Source: Thermoleophilia bacterium (GTDB lineage Bacteria; Actinomycetota; Thermoleophilia; Gaiellales; Gaiellaceae). From it: 64,000 nucleotides of DNA. Below are positions 63,608 to 64,000 of the stretch, in pieces. Position 1 is the stretch's first letter; the number at the start of each line of letters is the position of its first letter. The translations under genes were made by a program, and so were the position numbers. The notes under the pieces were generated by a model. That model ran no database searches. It saw only the letters and a program-made list of their open reading frames with translations, and had not been told where the DNA came from. Where the stretch lies: contig JADGPD010000001.1 of assembly GCA_017882615.1 (NCBI GenBank), forward strand, positions 46,531-110,530, written 5' to 3'.

Positions 63608-63978
63608 GAGGCGCAGCTGATGATCTGGAGTTTCGCCGCGAGGCTGCTCGCACTTGCGATCAGCGCCGCGTTCTTTTGGTCGATCGAGGTAGCGGTCGTC
63701 CGATCGTTACCGCGAAGCGCCGCCGCCTCGGAGCCCATATTGGTTGCGATCTGTTGCAGATCGGCTACGAGTTGAGAGTAATCCTTGGCATTGCCCACGT
63801 TCGCCCTGACGGCGCGAAGCGATTTCGTTTCCCGCGTCAGAGTGGCTGCGGCGCTGTTCATCGCCGCCGCGGCTTGTGCTCGCCCTGCCGCTGTGTCGAG
63901 GTTGGCGCTCTTCGCCTTGCTCAAAGCCAGCGAGAGCGGTCCCGAGAAGCGGCTGCAGATCCTGTCCGCGTCGCTCAC
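63604..63978 (-). CDS. Hypothetical helical protein, 5' end possibly beyond the window
   Basis: 124 aa from GTG 63978, Ala/Ser/Thr-rich and helical. The frame stays open up to position 64000, so the true start may lie outside the window. Confidence 0.45.
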   Translation of the reverse strand: MSDADRICSRFSGPLSLALSKAKSANLDTAAGRAQAAAAMNSAAATLTRETKSLRAVRANVGNAKDYSQLVADLQQIATNMGSEAAALRGNDRTTATSIDQKNAALIASASSLAAKLQIISCAS

Positions 63979-64000
63979 CCAAGGATCGGAGAAGGGATAG

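Overview
High-GC (by eye, roughly two-thirds G+C) bacterial chromosomal segment. Gene content and codon style look actinobacterial (Thermoleophilia/Rubrobacteria-like); that taxonomy is inference only. Coding density is high and many neighbouring genes overlap by 4 nt (ATGA/GTGA/TTGA). Three parts. (1) 1-21.4 kb holds twelve purine-biosynthesis genes (purH-N-M, purF-L, purQ-S-C-B, purE-D, purA), all on the minus strand. Unrelated genes split them into five blocks: htpX, OsmC/thioredoxin, ArsR-DUF2892, PadR-NifX-like, GNAT, glyoxalase, deacetylase, ICMT-like methyltransferase and an AEC transporter. (2) 21.5-50 kb is mixed housekeeping and accessory: two ECF sigma/membrane-partner pairs, dnaB, an Fpg/Nei glycosylase, the principal sigma factor, a Fur-family regulator overlapping a NikM/CbiM(N)-Q-O ECF metal importer, an MMPL transporter, small resistance-like enzymes, a decayed NTF2-like pseudogene abutting a 1159-aa orphan surface protein, tRNA-Thr, DedA and tRNA-Tyr. 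(3) 50.2-63.2 kb is a non-canonical type IV pilus-like locus. It contains pilT translationally coupled to an SLT+M23 murein hydrolase, a PASTA-like membrane protein, three very large prepilin/PilX-like proteins, pilD, pilB, and an orphan 702-aa protein. That protein carries a near-consensus MshEN-type (c-di-GMP receptor) double motif, a long acidic repeat region and an unknown C-terminal domain. No pilC, pilMNO or small major pilin is present in the window. I rate this locus the best candidate for an undescribed system. A GC-rich palindromic intergenic repeat family (GAAAGTC...GACTTTC hairpins plus a GCCGCG..CATG..CGCGGC module) occurs downstream of rpoD and on both sides of tRNA-Tyr. I saw no CRISPR array, rRNA, transposase or integrase. 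All calls rest on reading the translations and sequence by eye; no database search was possible.
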